Below, piece after piece: positions 49,761 to 59,777 of a stretch of 64,000 nucleotides of DNA. This DNA is from a bacterium (GTDB lineage Bacteria; UBA8248; JACPRG01; G963555815). A program made the translations under genes and the position numbers. The stretch lies in assembly GCA_965261595.1 (NCBI GenBank), contig CBDHDG010000002.1, positions 256,001 to 320,000 of the forward strand, given 5' to 3'. The notes beneath the pieces are model-generated. The model saw nothing but the letters and a program-made list of their open reading frames with translations, had not been told where the DNA came from and did no database searches. Numbering within the stretch: position 1 is the stretch's first letter; each line of letters opens with the position of its first letter.

Positions 49761-50675
49761 TCACATCAGACCCAGGAGGCGGGCCGCGTTATTCCCGAGA
49801 ATCTTTGCGATCGCTTCCCGGGGGATCTCCGGCAAATCGAGCCGCTTCGCGACCTGGTTGATCTGTTCGTAAGTCGCCATGAAATTCTTCGGTATGCAAA
49901 GGCGGTACTCACTGCCGTATAACACCCGGTCCAGTCCCACGAGGTCCTGACACATCAAAAGCGCCCGGAGGAGCGTCTCGGGGGGGAGGGTGCACCAGTA
50001 GGCCATCTCCGCATAGAAATTCGGATGCTTGGCGACCAGGCACACCCCTTCCTCCCACCAGGGCCATCCGGTGTGGGCGACAATCACTTTGAGATCGGGG
50101 TAGCGGATGCCCACCGGGTCCAGCAGGTGAGGGGGTTGGAATTTCATCGGGGCGTTCACGCTCGGCGTCCAGCCCATGTGGAACTGGACGTAGATGCCGT
50201 ACGCGATGGCCCGCTCATACAGCGGATACAGGGTCGGGTCGCCGGGATCGAAGTGGTTGTACGTGGGCATGAGCTTCAGGGCCTTCATGCCCAGTTCGTT
50301 GATGCAGCGGTCGAGCTCGTCCAGGGCTTCGCTGATGCCGCGCATGGGGTCGATGCCCGCCACGGCGATGAACTTGTCCGGATGCTTTCGGGCGAGGCCC
50401 GCGACGTAATCGTTGGGGACGTGGGGGTTCGGCTTTTCGGGATGGGGGGAGGTGCGCCGGAAGTCGTAGGCCATGATGCACGCAAAGTCCAGCCCGGCTT
50501 CCTCCATGTCGCGCAGCAGCGTTTCGGGGCTGACCGGCTCCCGGGTGGCGGGCCGCTCCCGGCGGGTTCCGTCCGGGTCGTACGTATACTTCCAGGGGCG
50601 ATAAAGCTCCCGCCCCCACCAGAGCGGGATGTGATTCGGGACCTCCCCGACGTGAACATGAACATCGATTCGCAA
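49761..50675 (-). CDS. Amidohydrolase_2 family protein
   Basis: IDVHVH, PNDYVA, LKLMP, FHMG, VAHTGWPW, LYGSEY, ILGNNAARLL. Confidence 0.9.
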   Translation of the reverse strand: MRIDVHVHVGEVPNHIPLWWGRELYRPWKYTYDPDGTRRERPATREPVSPETLLRDMEEAGLDFACIMAYDFRRTSPHPEKPNPHVPNDYVAGLARKHPDKFIAVAGIDPMRGISEALDELDRCINELGMKALKLMPTYNHFDPGDPTLYPLYERAIAYGIYVQFHMGWTPSVNAPMKFQPPHLLDPVGIRYPDLKVIVAHTGWPWWEEGVCLVAKHPNFYAEMAYWCTLPPETLLRALLMCQDLVGLDRVLYGSEYRLCIPKNFMATYEQINQVAKRLDLPEIPREAIAKILGNNAARLLGLM

Positions 50676-50908
50676 CGAAATCCCTCTCCGTAGGCGCGCC
50701 TTGATCCCGCCGTGAAATGAAGCGCGGTTGGCCGCGGCCGACCTCCGGTGTCCTTCGGTTCCTTAGCGGGTTGGGGAAATATGATTTTCGAGCTTGAGCG
50801 GATTTCTCACGCGTGTCGGGCGACTCCTGTTTGGAACGACGGCTTGGGGGGGGGGAGCCTCCGGATGAGTCGTTCGCCCGCGTGTTTCAGCTTCCTGTTC
50901 GAAAATGC

Positions 50909-51634
50909 TTATGCGGTTTCGAACCGCGCCGGCTCCTGAATCCCGCGCCGCGCATACCACTCCGCGACCAGATCCTCGGAGTCGACCACCACCCCGGTGT
51001 GCAGCGAGATCAGGAAAAGCGCCGCCTCTTCCGCCTCCTCCGAATAGCCCGCCGTGACATCCTGCGGGACGACGACCCGGAACATCCGGTTGGCCGCGTC
51101 GAACGCCGTGCACAAATCACAGCAATCCGTGTAGGCCCCGATGATGACCACCGTCTTCTTGTCCAGGTTTCGGAGGAGGTATTCGAGGTCGGTCGGGTAG
51201 AAGGCGCTCAGCCGCTTTTTCGTCCGGACGTAATAGTCGCCGGGCGCCTCCTCGATGCTGAGATCGACCCATTTGGTCCCCTCCAAGCTGTGGTTCTTCT
51301 GGTTCTCATTGGGGCCGATGTAGGCCTCATACAAGGACCGCCAGTTGGATGGGCTGATCCCGTTCACATCGTCGATCCCGTCGGCCCGCAGCCAGAGCTG
51401 GACGTGAATCATGGGAACGCCGCACTGGCGCGCCGCCCGGGCGAACCAGTTGTGCCGCTCGATGATGGCCTGCCCCCGCGGAGCGGGACAGGTGACATCG
51501 GGCTCATCTCCAAGATGCCCCCGATGCATGTCGATGCTCACGACGGCGCATTGGGAAGGGTCCACCCAGTCGGAAAACACTTCCGGCATGTCCCGTTTTT
51601 TCTTGAGGAAATAGCACTTCATTGGAGTCATCAT
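50909..51634 (-). CDS. Isochorismatase-family cysteine hydrolase
   Basis: VSIDMH, KKRLSAF..TDL, GAYTDCCDLCTAFDA. Confidence 0.9.
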   Translation of the reverse strand: MMTPMKCYFLKKKRDMPEVFSDWVDPSQCAVVSIDMHRGHLGDEPDVTCPAPRGQAIIERHNWFARAARQCGVPMIHVQLWLRADGIDDVNGISPSNWRSLYEAYIGPNENQKNHSLEGTKWVDLSIEEAPGDYYVRTKKRLSAFYPTDLEYLLRNLDKKTVVIIGAYTDCCDLCTAFDAANRMFRVVVPQDVTAGYSEEAEEAALFLISLHTGVVVDSEDLVAEWYARRGIQEPARFETA

Positions 51635-51989
51635 GGTTTCGTCCCCCTGCACTGTTGCCTGAAATGATTGGGTCCCAGGACCCCATGAAGGCTTGTCGGC
51701 TTTCAGGAAGAAAAGGCCCGCTTGGTTCACTCAAATGGAAACCCGGCGCCTCGCGCTTCAAAACCGTTGTCCACCCTTGCGGAATCCACGCAAGCTACCA
51801 CAGGCCCATTCGGATTCCAAACCCGGTCGTGAGCCGATCGCGGCTCCGGCCGGCCTCGCTGCAACCCGGCCTCAAACGTCATAACGGACGGCTTTTTCGC
51901 GCTTGGCTGACCGCCTCTCTCCGGCTTCTCGTGGTTGAATTGGAGAGAATTAACCGAATCGAAATGAAACGCTTGATACGGGATGCCTC

Positions 51990-52105
51990 ATGACGGCCAC
52001 GACGAAAACCGCCGATTTGCTGATTGAGGGTGCAACCGTCATGACGATGGACGTCGAGCGACGGATCTTTTCCGATGGCACCGTCGCCATCGGCGGAGGC
52101 CGCAT
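51990..52105 (+). pseudogene. 5' fragment of a metal-dependent amidohydrolase/deaminase
   Basis: DLLIEGATVMTMD..RRIFSDGTVAIGGGRI; similarity ends at the IR relic starting 52106. Confidence 0.7.
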
Positions 52106-52198
52106 TGGTCTGCCCCCCGGAACCTGGTGCAGAAATGGGGCAAGTCCAGAATTGGGATTTCCAACTTTCAATTGGACCGATTTGAGGGGGGCGGGGCA
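52106..52198. mobile_element. 93-bp IS3-like IR-only relic (TG...CA)
   Basis: TGGTCTGCCCCCCGGAACCTGGTGCA versus reverse complement of the right end TGCCCCGCCCCCCTCAAATCGGTCCA (17/26 identical by eye). Confidence 0.5.
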
Positions 52199-52398
52199 AC
52201 CAAATAATTGACAGCGGGACGTTCATTTTGTGGTATTCTGAGAGCATCTTGAGAGGTTTTTGGATTGACAACCGACCGGTGGCCTCCATCGGGCATTGGC
52301 GGGAGAAAGTCTAACCCAGTTCCGATGGGGACTGAGGGCCTGAGCAGTCGAAAATTAATTCTTTGCTCATCGGACAAGGTTTGAGGGGGACGAGAGAA

Positions 52399-53733
52399 TT
52401 GGCCAAGCAGGTGCGGAAAGCGATCATTCCCAAGGGATTGCCGATGCCGAAAATGCGTTATTCCCCGGGTATCCTGGCAGGACCTTGGATTTTTCCTTCC
52501 GGGCAGTTTGCATCGGACTTTTCGGCCAACGGCGTGGCCCGGGAAGCCACGCGGGATCCCCGATGCCCCGATTTGCAGCCCAGCGAGCTTGGGTTGCAGA
52601 CTCGTTACATCTTCAAGAATCTCAAAAAGGTCGTCGAGGCGGGCGGTTCCTCACTGGACCAAATTGTTCGCCTCGATCAGTTTTTTGTCCTTGAAGAGAC
52701 CCCCGACGGCCACTTGGCTTCGATTGAAGATTATCTAAGTGTGCGCGATGAAGTGTTCCCGGCTTCAAAAGGCCGGCCGACTTCAACCGGAATTCGCTGT
52801 AGCCATCTGTTGTGTAAGCCCGGCATCCTCGAAATCGACTTTGTCGCGGTCACCAACGCCAGCGGCTGGAAAAAAGAGGTCATTAACTCCAGCCGCGCGG
52901 GTGCGCCCACCGGCGGTTATAGCCATGCCGTCAAAGTGGGCCCTTATGTTTTCTGCTCCGGCGACCTTGCGAGTGATTGGGACCATGGCGTGGATCCGTC
53001 CGCCGTGACGAACAAGAATTTGTGGTTCGGCAACGACATGGACAGGCAGGCGCGATTCATCCTAGACCGTTTGAGCGTTATCCTGGAGGACGCGGGGTCG
53101 GATCTGGACCTGACCGCCAAGGCCCAGGTGTACCTCACGGCGGAAGGGATGAAGCAGATTTATAAGCTTGAAGATGTGTGGAAAGAATATTTTCCGAAAA
53201 ACCCGCCGGCGCGCACCCTCATTCCCGCCGATGGGCTCGGCGTTAAGGATTGCATGATCGAAATCAACCTTGTCGCCGTCACCAAAGATGGCGGCATCAA
53301 GCCCAAGGCGGTCCATGCGCGGGGTGTTCCCAAATGGCCGCTTCACGAACCCCACGCAATGCAGGCGGGCAACCTGCTGTTTCTCTCTTCCGCGTTGGCA
53401 ACCGACAACAAGGGGCATTTTCCCGAAGCGCTCAAGGTCAATCCCAATTGGCCATGGTATGAGAAGTACGAAAAGCCCATCATTCAACAGATGGATTACA
53501 TCCTCGGCAACGCCGAGAAAATCGTCCAGGCGGCCGGCGGCCGGGGCTTTGACAACCTCGTGCGCCGACAGTGTTTCCACACCGACTACGATGAGTTTAT
53601 TCTCACTTGGGGCGTGTGGATGTCCAAATATGACCACGATGCGCCGGCGAGCACGACCATCGAAGAGGCGAACACTCCGTTGCCGGTTCCGGGAGCGACG
53701 ATGATGTTGGACCTTTGGGCTTACCTCCCGTAA
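52399..53733 (+). CDS. RidA/YjgF family protein with three tandem domains
   Basis: Three repeats: YSPG..AG.WIFPSGQ / YSHAVKVG.YVFCSGD / HAMQAGNLLFLSS, ending LEID, IEIN, MMLD; TTG start assumed. Confidence 0.85.
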   Translation: MAKQVRKAIIPKGLPMPKMRYSPGILAGPWIFPSGQFASDFSANGVAREATRDPRCPDLQPSELGLQTRYIFKNLKKVVEAGGSSLDQIVRLDQFFVLEETPDGHLASIEDYLSVRDEVFPASKGRPTSTGIRCSHLLCKPGILEIDFVAVTNASGWKKEVINSSRAGAPTGGYSHAVKVGPYVFCSGDLASDWDHGVDPSAVTNKNLWFGNDMDRQARFILDRLSVILEDAGSDLDLTAKAQVYLTAEGMKQIYKLEDVWKEYFPKNPPARTLIPADGLGVKDCMIEINLVAVTKDGGIKPKAVHARGVPKWPLHEPHAMQAGNLLFLSSALATDNKGHFPEALKVNPNWPWYEKYEKPIIQQMDYILGNAEKIVQAAGGRGFDNLVRRQCFHTDYDEFILTWGVWMSKYDHDAPASTTIEEANTPLPVPGATMMLDLWAYLP

Positions 53734-53888
53734 GCCCGGCCGGCGAAGGGTCCCCGACTTTTGTGACCGGGAAGAAGAGCCCGGGGAAAATCTCAACAAC
53801 CGTGAGATTCTTTATCTCACACCTTGGTGTCCGAATCGGAAGGAAATTGTTTTCGAGGAGGAACGGGCCAAAAAGGAGGGAAGAGGAA

Positions 53889-54926
53889 ATGATGAAAAAG
53901 TTGAGTTTTTTGGCGATCCTTTTGATGGGTCTTTTGTTCCTGTCCTCGTGGGCCGAGGCGGCCAAGACCATAAAGATCGCCTACATCCCTTGCGGACGGA
54001 TCAATGACAAGTCCTGGAGTGAAGCGGGATACATCGGAGCCGTCCAAGGGAAGAAGGCCTTAGAGGCAAAGGGGTATAAAGTCGACCTGAAATATACCGA
54101 AAGTGTCCCGGTCGCGAAGGTGGCGGCCGCGGCACGGGACTATGCCTCCCGCGGCTACAACCCCGTCATCCTCCATTGCGGAACATTTGCCGAAGCCGGT
54201 CTTAGCGCGGCCAAGGATTTTCCCAATACCTGGATTATGACGGCGGCGACTCCGTTGTTTTCAAAGAACGCTCCATCCTATGATCCGGCTCAGCACGAGG
54301 GTTCCTTTCTCGTGGGTTATCTTGCGGGTCTCATGACAAAAACCAATCGCGTTGGCGCGATCGGAGGCTTCAAGTTTCCGGCCCTGACCCGCCAGATAGA
54401 GGGATTCAAATTCGGAGCCCGTTACGCCAATCCGAAGGTGAAGGCGTTCAGCATCTACATCAACACCTGGGAGGATGCGGCCAAGGCCAAAGAGGCGGCC
54501 CTGGCGCAAATCGACAACGGGGCCGATGTCATTTTCGCGGCTACGGACCAGGCCGCCCGGGGGGCCTTCAGTGCCGCCAAATCGAGGAAGGTTTATGCCA
54601 TCGCCAGCTACAGTGACCAGGCCTCCTTGGCACCCGACACAATCCTGACAAGCGTCCTTTACGACACGCCGCTGTTGGTGAAACGGATGATCCTTAAAGT
54701 GGCGGACGGGACGATTGAGGGGAAATTTTATCAGTCCGGTATGGCAGATGGGATTGGCACCTTCGCCCCTTACTATAAAATGGAAAAGGTGATTCCGGAC
54801 TCCGTGAAGAAAAAAGTGGCTCAGCTAATCGAGGATATCAAGGCGGGCAGGATCAAGGTGCCAGAATATATAAAGGCAAACGAGTCAGATAAGCTCGATC
54901 CTCGAAAGGTCATCAAGAGGAAGTAA
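53889..54926 (+). CDS. BMP/PnrA family ABC transporter substrate-binding protein
   Basis: INDKSW, EGSFLVGYLAG, VGAIGG, W.DAAKAKEAA..QIDNGADVIF; signal peptide ending AEA. Confidence 0.9.
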   Translation: MMKKLSFLAILLMGLLFLSSWAEAAKTIKIAYIPCGRINDKSWSEAGYIGAVQGKKALEAKGYKVDLKYTESVPVAKVAAAARDYASRGYNPVILHCGTFAEAGLSAAKDFPNTWIMTAATPLFSKNAPSYDPAQHEGSFLVGYLAGLMTKTNRVGAIGGFKFPALTRQIEGFKFGARYANPKVKAFSIYINTWEDAAKAKEAALAQIDNGADVIFAATDQAARGAFSAAKSRKVYAIASYSDQASLAPDTILTSVLYDTPLLVKRMILKVADGTIEGKFYQSGMADGIGTFAPYYKMEKVIPDSVKKKVAQLIEDIKAGRIKVPEYIKANESDKLDPRKVIKRK

Positions 54927-55033
54927 TCCCTGACTCTTAAACAAGCGGGTCAAGGGCCGGATCCGCCTCCGTTGAGGGGGCGGGTCCGGCCGCTTCGCCT
55001 GGCGTCCTTTGGGCTCCTGCTTTGCCGAGATCA

Positions 55034-55654
55034 ATGACCCCATTGAAAATCGTTCTGCAAGAGCGCTTGCTGAGGGCCCGGACCGGGGCGGCTTTTGAGG
55101 TTCGGAAGGGACAGGTCTTTCGCGTTATCGATGTCGAGGGACAACAAGTCGGGGATTTTGTCTGTTTCAAATTGGACGATCTCACCGAGCACTTTTCCCA
55201 GTCCCAGACCCGAAAGATCAACCGGTCCATCCAGATCTCCACCGGCCGGAAGCTCTGTTCCAACCTGTGCAATACGATGTTCACCATCGGAGAGGACCGG
55301 GTTGGGTTGCACGACATTTTGTATTCCCCCTGCGGGCCTCACGATTACCGTATTCTCTACGACGCGCCGGATCATCCGAGCTGCCGGGAAAACCTGAATC
55401 AGGCGCTCGCCCCGCACGGGGTTCGCCCCCACCAGCTTCCGCCCGTTTTCAACGTCTTCATGAGTTCTTCCATCGGTCCCGACGGGGAGTTGATCTGCAA
55501 CGAGCCGACGTCCAAGCCGGGCGACTTTGTGGATCTCCACGCGGAAATGGACTGTCTGGTCGCCATTTCCGCCTGCCCCCAGGATTTGACCCCATGCAAC
55601 GCGGGAAACCCGACTGACCTCAGACTGGAGATTTGGGAACCCGGCCCACGCTAA
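55034..55654 (+). CDS. DUF1989 (urea carboxylase-associated) family protein
   Basis: RVIDVEGQQVGDF, HDILYSPC, SCRENL, FNVFM, SKPGDFV.L.AEMD..VAISACPQD...CN. Confidence 0.9.
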   Translation: MTPLKIVLQERLLRARTGAAFEVRKGQVFRVIDVEGQQVGDFVCFKLDDLTEHFSQSQTRKINRSIQISTGRKLCSNLCNTMFTIGEDRVGLHDILYSPCGPHDYRILYDAPDHPSCRENLNQALAPHGVRPHQLPPVFNVFMSSSIGPDGELICNEPTSKPGDFVDLHAEMDCLVAISACPQDLTPCNAGNPTDLRLEIWEPGPR

Positions 55655-55705
55655 GGCGGGGGCCGTTCGATCTGTTCCGGACTGAAAGAATAGAGGAGTC
55701 CAACC

Positions 55706-55864
55706 GTGTCGAAATCCAAAAAGATCACAATCCAGGTCAACGGACAACAATACCGATTGATCAGAGAGCTCCGGGAGAAAGGAGAACACGGAAAGACGGA
55801 CGGTGAAATTGTGCGCAAGGCTTTTGCCGAATGGGGCAAGAAAAAAAGGTTGTCCCGTCCCTAG
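55706..55864 (+). CDS. 52-aa ribbon-helix-helix-like small protein (below ORF track cutoff)
   Basis: RBS GAGGAG plus GTG; MSKSKKITIQVNGQQYRLIRELREKGEHGKTDGEIVRKAFAEWGKKKRLSRP. Confidence 0.65.
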   Translation: MSKSKKITIQVNGQQYRLIRELREKGEHGKTDGEIVRKAFAEWGKKKRLSRP

Positions 55865-55956
55865 CCGGTTTGAGCCGGTGGTTCGCATAACCAAACCATA
55901 TCAACCTTTTGGTTGGAGAACCTCATTTCTCCAGCCCTACGAATAGGGATTCAGTC

Positions 55957-56901
55957 ATGGGTGAGCGCAAGCTTGTAGAAGAGTTTGTCATGGATCCGAC
56001 GACGGGTCGGGCGGTTCCTATCAAGCGCGGACAGCTCCTGCGCATCGAACAAATCGGCAAGGGTCAGTGCCTCGATTTCAACGCCTATAACCTCAACGAC
56101 TATAAAGAGCAGTTCCACTGCGGGCGGACCCGGCACATGCACGGGCTCCATCCCTCCAAGGGGGACCATCTGTGGTCGGCCCCGCCCCGGGACCGGATCA
56201 TGTTCTCCATCACCGAGGACACCGTTGGCACCAATGACGTGAATTATCCCCGGTGCAGCGGGTTCCTGTATGAGTACCAGTTCGGCTACGACGGCTATCC
56301 CGCCCACAGCAACTGCCACGACATCTTCGCCGAGACCATCCGCAAATGGGGTTTGACGCCGGATGACGTTCACGATTCCTTCAATGGGTGGATGCACACG
56401 GGCGTTCGGACGAACGGAGAGCTGTTCATCGACCAGATGCTGGCCCGGGAAGGCGACCACATCGAGCTGTTGGCGCAGATCGACGCACTGGCCGTGCCCA
56501 TTTGCTGCGGGGCGGACGTCTTCGCGACCAGCAATTACGAATTGAAAGGCCTCAAGGTCCAGGTCTTCGAGGGAAGCGACGAAGATCACCAACAGCTCAT
56601 CGAGCAAAACTACGATCATCAGCGGACGGTGGATCTCTTCGCGATCCAGAAGATCAAGGCAAACCGTGAGTTGACGGCGGACGCCGACTATGTCGCCCAA
56701 TGGCCTTGGCTGGAAGCGGTGAAAGAGCGGATTCCCGTCGAGGTTGAGCTGGACGCCCGGGAGGCCCGACTGCTGGAAGAATTGAAAAGCGATCCCGATT
56801 TCTACGATTTCACCGAGGAGGAGATCGTCCGGTTTTGCTTTTTCCGCTGGTGGGCGGAGCAATACATGCGGGGTCCGAAGCAGCTGAAGACCCTGGGTTA
56901 G
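55957..56901 (+). CDS. DUF1989 family protein with C-terminal extension
   Basis: GQCLDFNAYN, RC, SNCHDIF, DVHDSFN, GDHIELLAQID...C; about 95 extra C-terminal residues. Confidence 0.85.
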   Translation: MGERKLVEEFVMDPTTGRAVPIKRGQLLRIEQIGKGQCLDFNAYNLNDYKEQFHCGRTRHMHGLHPSKGDHLWSAPPRDRIMFSITEDTVGTNDVNYPRCSGFLYEYQFGYDGYPAHSNCHDIFAETIRKWGLTPDDVHDSFNGWMHTGVRTNGELFIDQMLAREGDHIELLAQIDALAVPICCGADVFATSNYELKGLKVQVFEGSDEDHQQLIEQNYDHQRTVDLFAIQKIKANRELTADADYVAQWPWLEAVKERIPVEVELDAREARLLEELKSDPDFYDFTEEEIVRFCFFRWWAEQYMRGPKQLKTLG

Positions 56902-57156
56902 CTCACCCGACGCCCCTCTGGTCTCTTGTCACTTTTAGGCCGATATCATTGAGCCGTCCGAAGCATTCGTAGAGCGGGGAGAGCCCTCCCCGCTCTATGT
57001 CCGATCAGGGCCGGGCTCGAACGAAACGCCGTGATCGCGGAGGACTCAGGAATGGACGCGGGCGGCTTTCTCGGATCGGGTTCGGTTTGATGGATGCCGC
57101 CGGGCTCATCGCTCGTACGATAGAATGGCGGTCCGTTCCAGTCTGAAAGGGTATGG

Positions 57157-58686
57157 ATGAAGCCGCTTTTGCAAATGCGCGACATGACCAAGCGCTATCC
57201 CGGCGTTGTTGCCAACGACCGCGTTTCGCTCGATTTGAGAGGCGGAGAAATCCTGGCTCTGCTTGGAGAAAACGGCGCGGGGAAAAGCACCCTGATGAAG
57301 CTGCTTTACGGTCTGGAGCCCCCCGATGGGGGACAGATCAAACTTCGGGGGCAAGACCTCGTTCTGGAATCTCCGAAAGACGCCATCCGAGCCGGGATTG
57401 GGATGGTTCACCAGCATTTCATGCTGGTCCCCACGCTGACCGTTGTTGAAAACATCGCGCTCGGCCTTCCGTCCGATCGGGAGCCCTTCACCAACCTCAA
57501 GGCGGCCGAAAAACGAATCCTCGAAATCTCCGCCCAGTACCGCCTCGAGGTTGATCCCAGGGCAAAGGTCTGGCAGCTTTCCGTCGGAGAGCAGCAGCGG
57601 GTTGAAATCATCAAGGCGATTTACAGGGGAACGGACATCCTGATTCTCGATGAGCCCACAGCGGTCTTGACGCCGCAGGAAGTTCGGGAATTGTTCTCGA
57701 CGCTGCGGGCCCTGACCGGGGAGGGCCATTCCGTCATCTTCATCTCCCATAAGCTGGACGAGGTCATGGAGATCAGCCGGCGCATTGTGGTCATGCGTCT
57801 CGGAAAGGTTGTGGGCGCGGTGGAGACGGCCGAAACGAACGCCGAGGATCTCGTCCGGATGATGGTGGGCCGCGATGTCATGTTCAGGCTGAACAAAAAG
57901 GAGACGCGCCAAGGGGAGGTGATCCTCGGCGTCGATAACCTGGAAGTTGTGGATGACCGAAAACTTCCCGCGGTTCGCAAGGTGAGCTTCCAGGTCCATG
58001 CCGGAGAAATCTTCGGCGTCGCGGGGGTGGATGGAAACGGGCAGCGGGAGCTTGTGGAGGCCGTCGTCGGCTTGAGGCGAATCGAGGGTGGAACGACTTC
58101 GATGAACGGCCGGGACGTGACGGGCGCATCACCGAAGGACCTCCTGGACATGGGGTTGGGTCACATCCCCGCGGACCGCCAGAAAAGCGGGCTGATCCTG
58201 AGGTTCACCCTCGAGGAAAACGCCATCTTGATCAACCATCAATTTCCGCCCTTTTCCCGCAACGGCATCCTTCAGCGGAAGAGAATCAGGGAATTCACAG
58301 AGGACGTTATCAAGGCCTTCGACGTGCGAACCGGCACACGGGATCTCCGGGCCGGCGCCCTGTCGGGCGGGAACCAACAGAAGCTGGTCTTGGGCCGCGA
58401 GATCTCGAGAAACCCCAAGCTGCTCGTTGCGGCGCAACCCACGCGGGGGCTGGATGTCGGGGCCATCGAGTTCGTTCACGGCCAACTGTTGAGACAGCGG
58501 GACGAGGGGGTCGCCATCCTTCTGATCTCAACGGAGCTGGAGGAGCTCTTCGCCTTGAGTGACACCCTGGCCGTCATCTACAAGGGCGAGTTCATGGGCG
58601 TGGTCAGCCCTGACCGGGTTTCCGTCGAAGACGTGGGATTCATGATGGCGGGAAAACGGAACTTGCGCGGGCGTGTAGCGCAGTGA
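57157..58686 (+). CDS. ABC transporter ATP-binding protein (CUT2/nucleoside type, tandem ATPase)
   Basis: GENGAGKST, LSVGEQQRVEI, LDEPT, LSGGNQQK, QPTRGLD. Confidence 0.95.
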   Translation: MKPLLQMRDMTKRYPGVVANDRVSLDLRGGEILALLGENGAGKSTLMKLLYGLEPPDGGQIKLRGQDLVLESPKDAIRAGIGMVHQHFMLVPTLTVVENIALGLPSDREPFTNLKAAEKRILEISAQYRLEVDPRAKVWQLSVGEQQRVEIIKAIYRGTDILILDEPTAVLTPQEVRELFSTLRALTGEGHSVIFISHKLDEVMEISRRIVVMRLGKVVGAVETAETNAEDLVRMMVGRDVMFRLNKKETRQGEVILGVDNLEVVDDRKLPAVRKVSFQVHAGEIFGVAGVDGNGQRELVEAVVGLRRIEGGTTSMNGRDVTGASPKDLLDMGLGHIPADRQKSGLILRFTLEENAILINHQFPPFSRNGILQRKRIREFTEDVIKAFDVRTGTRDLRAGALSGGNQQKLVLGREISRNPKLLVAAQPTRGLDVGAIEFVHGQLLRQRDEGVAILLISTELEELFALSDTLAVIYKGEFMGVVSPDRVSVEDVGFMMAGKRNLRGRVAQ

Positions 58687-59750
58687 ACCTCCAAGAGGCC
58701 GTATCCAAGCTCGTCCGGGGCCGTTTCGAAGATAAGCCGACTTCCCGGTTCCGGGATTTCCTGATCGGTCTGGGGGCGATTTCGGTCGCGTTCGTGACGA
58801 GCGGAATCCTGCTCGCTTTTTTCGGCGTCAATCCGCTCAAGGCCTACGCCCTCCTGTTTACCGGCGCATTCGGGACCCTGAACAATTTCGCCGAGACGTT
58901 GGTTCAAACCTCCCCCCTCCTGCTCACGGGGCTGGGGGTGGCCATCTGCTTTCAATGCGGCGTCTGGAATGTGGGGGTTGAAGGCCAGCTCTACATCGGG
59001 GCCATCGCGACGGTCGGTCTGGGGATCAATTTCCTGGGACTCCCGGGTTACATGCTCATCCCGGTTTGTATCCTGGGAGCTTTCATCGCCGGCGGACTTT
59101 GGGGATTGCTGCCCGGATGGCTGAAGGTCCGCTTCGGTGCCAATGAAGTCATTGTGACCATCATGATGAACTACATCGCCATCATTTTCGCCACCTACCT
59201 GATCAGCGGCCCGTGGGCGTCCGGTTTCACCCCCGTGACCAAATCCATCGAGCCGGCGGCCCGCCTCCCCGTCCTGATATCCGGAACCCGGTTGCACGGC
59301 GGATTCGTGATCGGCCTGGTCATGGCGGCCCTTCTGGCGCTTCTGATGTACCGGACCGTTTTGGGTTACCAGATTCGGGCGATTGGGAATAACCCTGACG
59401 CGGCGCGGTATGCGGGCGTCCCCGTCGGCAGGCGGATGATGCTGACCCTGGCCATCGGGGGCGGCGTCGCCGGGCTCGCGGGACTGGGTGAAGTGGCGGG
59501 GATTCATGGAAACATGCCTGATGGGATCTCCCCGGGCTTCGGCTTCATCGGCATCGTCGTGGCCCTCCTCGGCGGGCTTCATCCCTTGTGGATCATTCTG
59601 TCCTCCCTGTTTTTTTCCGCTCTCCTGGTGGGGGCGGAATCCATGCAGCGGGTGGTTGGAATCCCCGTTTCCTTGGTCTGGGTCCTTCAGGGATTGATCG
59701 TAATATGCATTCTGGCGAGTCGTCTTTTGACCAAAGACACATCCTCTTGA
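58683..59750 (+). CDS. ABC transporter permease (nucleoside type)
   Basis: PLLLTGLG, NVGVEGQ, NEVIVTIMMNYIA, AARYAG, GF.GIVVALLG. Confidence 0.92.
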   Translation: MNLQEAVSKLVRGRFEDKPTSRFRDFLIGLGAISVAFVTSGILLAFFGVNPLKAYALLFTGAFGTLNNFAETLVQTSPLLLTGLGVAICFQCGVWNVGVEGQLYIGAIATVGLGINFLGLPGYMLIPVCILGAFIAGGLWGLLPGWLKVRFGANEVIVTIMMNYIAIIFATYLISGPWASGFTPVTKSIEPAARLPVLISGTRLHGGFVIGLVMAALLALLMYRTVLGYQIRAIGNNPDAARYAGVPVGRRMMLTLAIGGGVAGLAGLGEVAGIHGNMPDGISPGFGFIGIVVALLGGLHPLWIILSSLFFSALLVGAESMQRVVGIPVSLVWVLQGLIVICILASRLLTKDTSS

Positions 59751-59777
59751 TGGGCGAGCGGTAAGAGGAGCCGAAGG

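Noticed and set aside
52200..52398. Guanidine or purine riboswitch upstream of the RidA/DUF1989 operon
   Set aside because: A hairpin (CCATCGG..CCGATGG) is present, but I could not recognise ykkC, mini-ykkC or purine consensus; needs an Rfam scan
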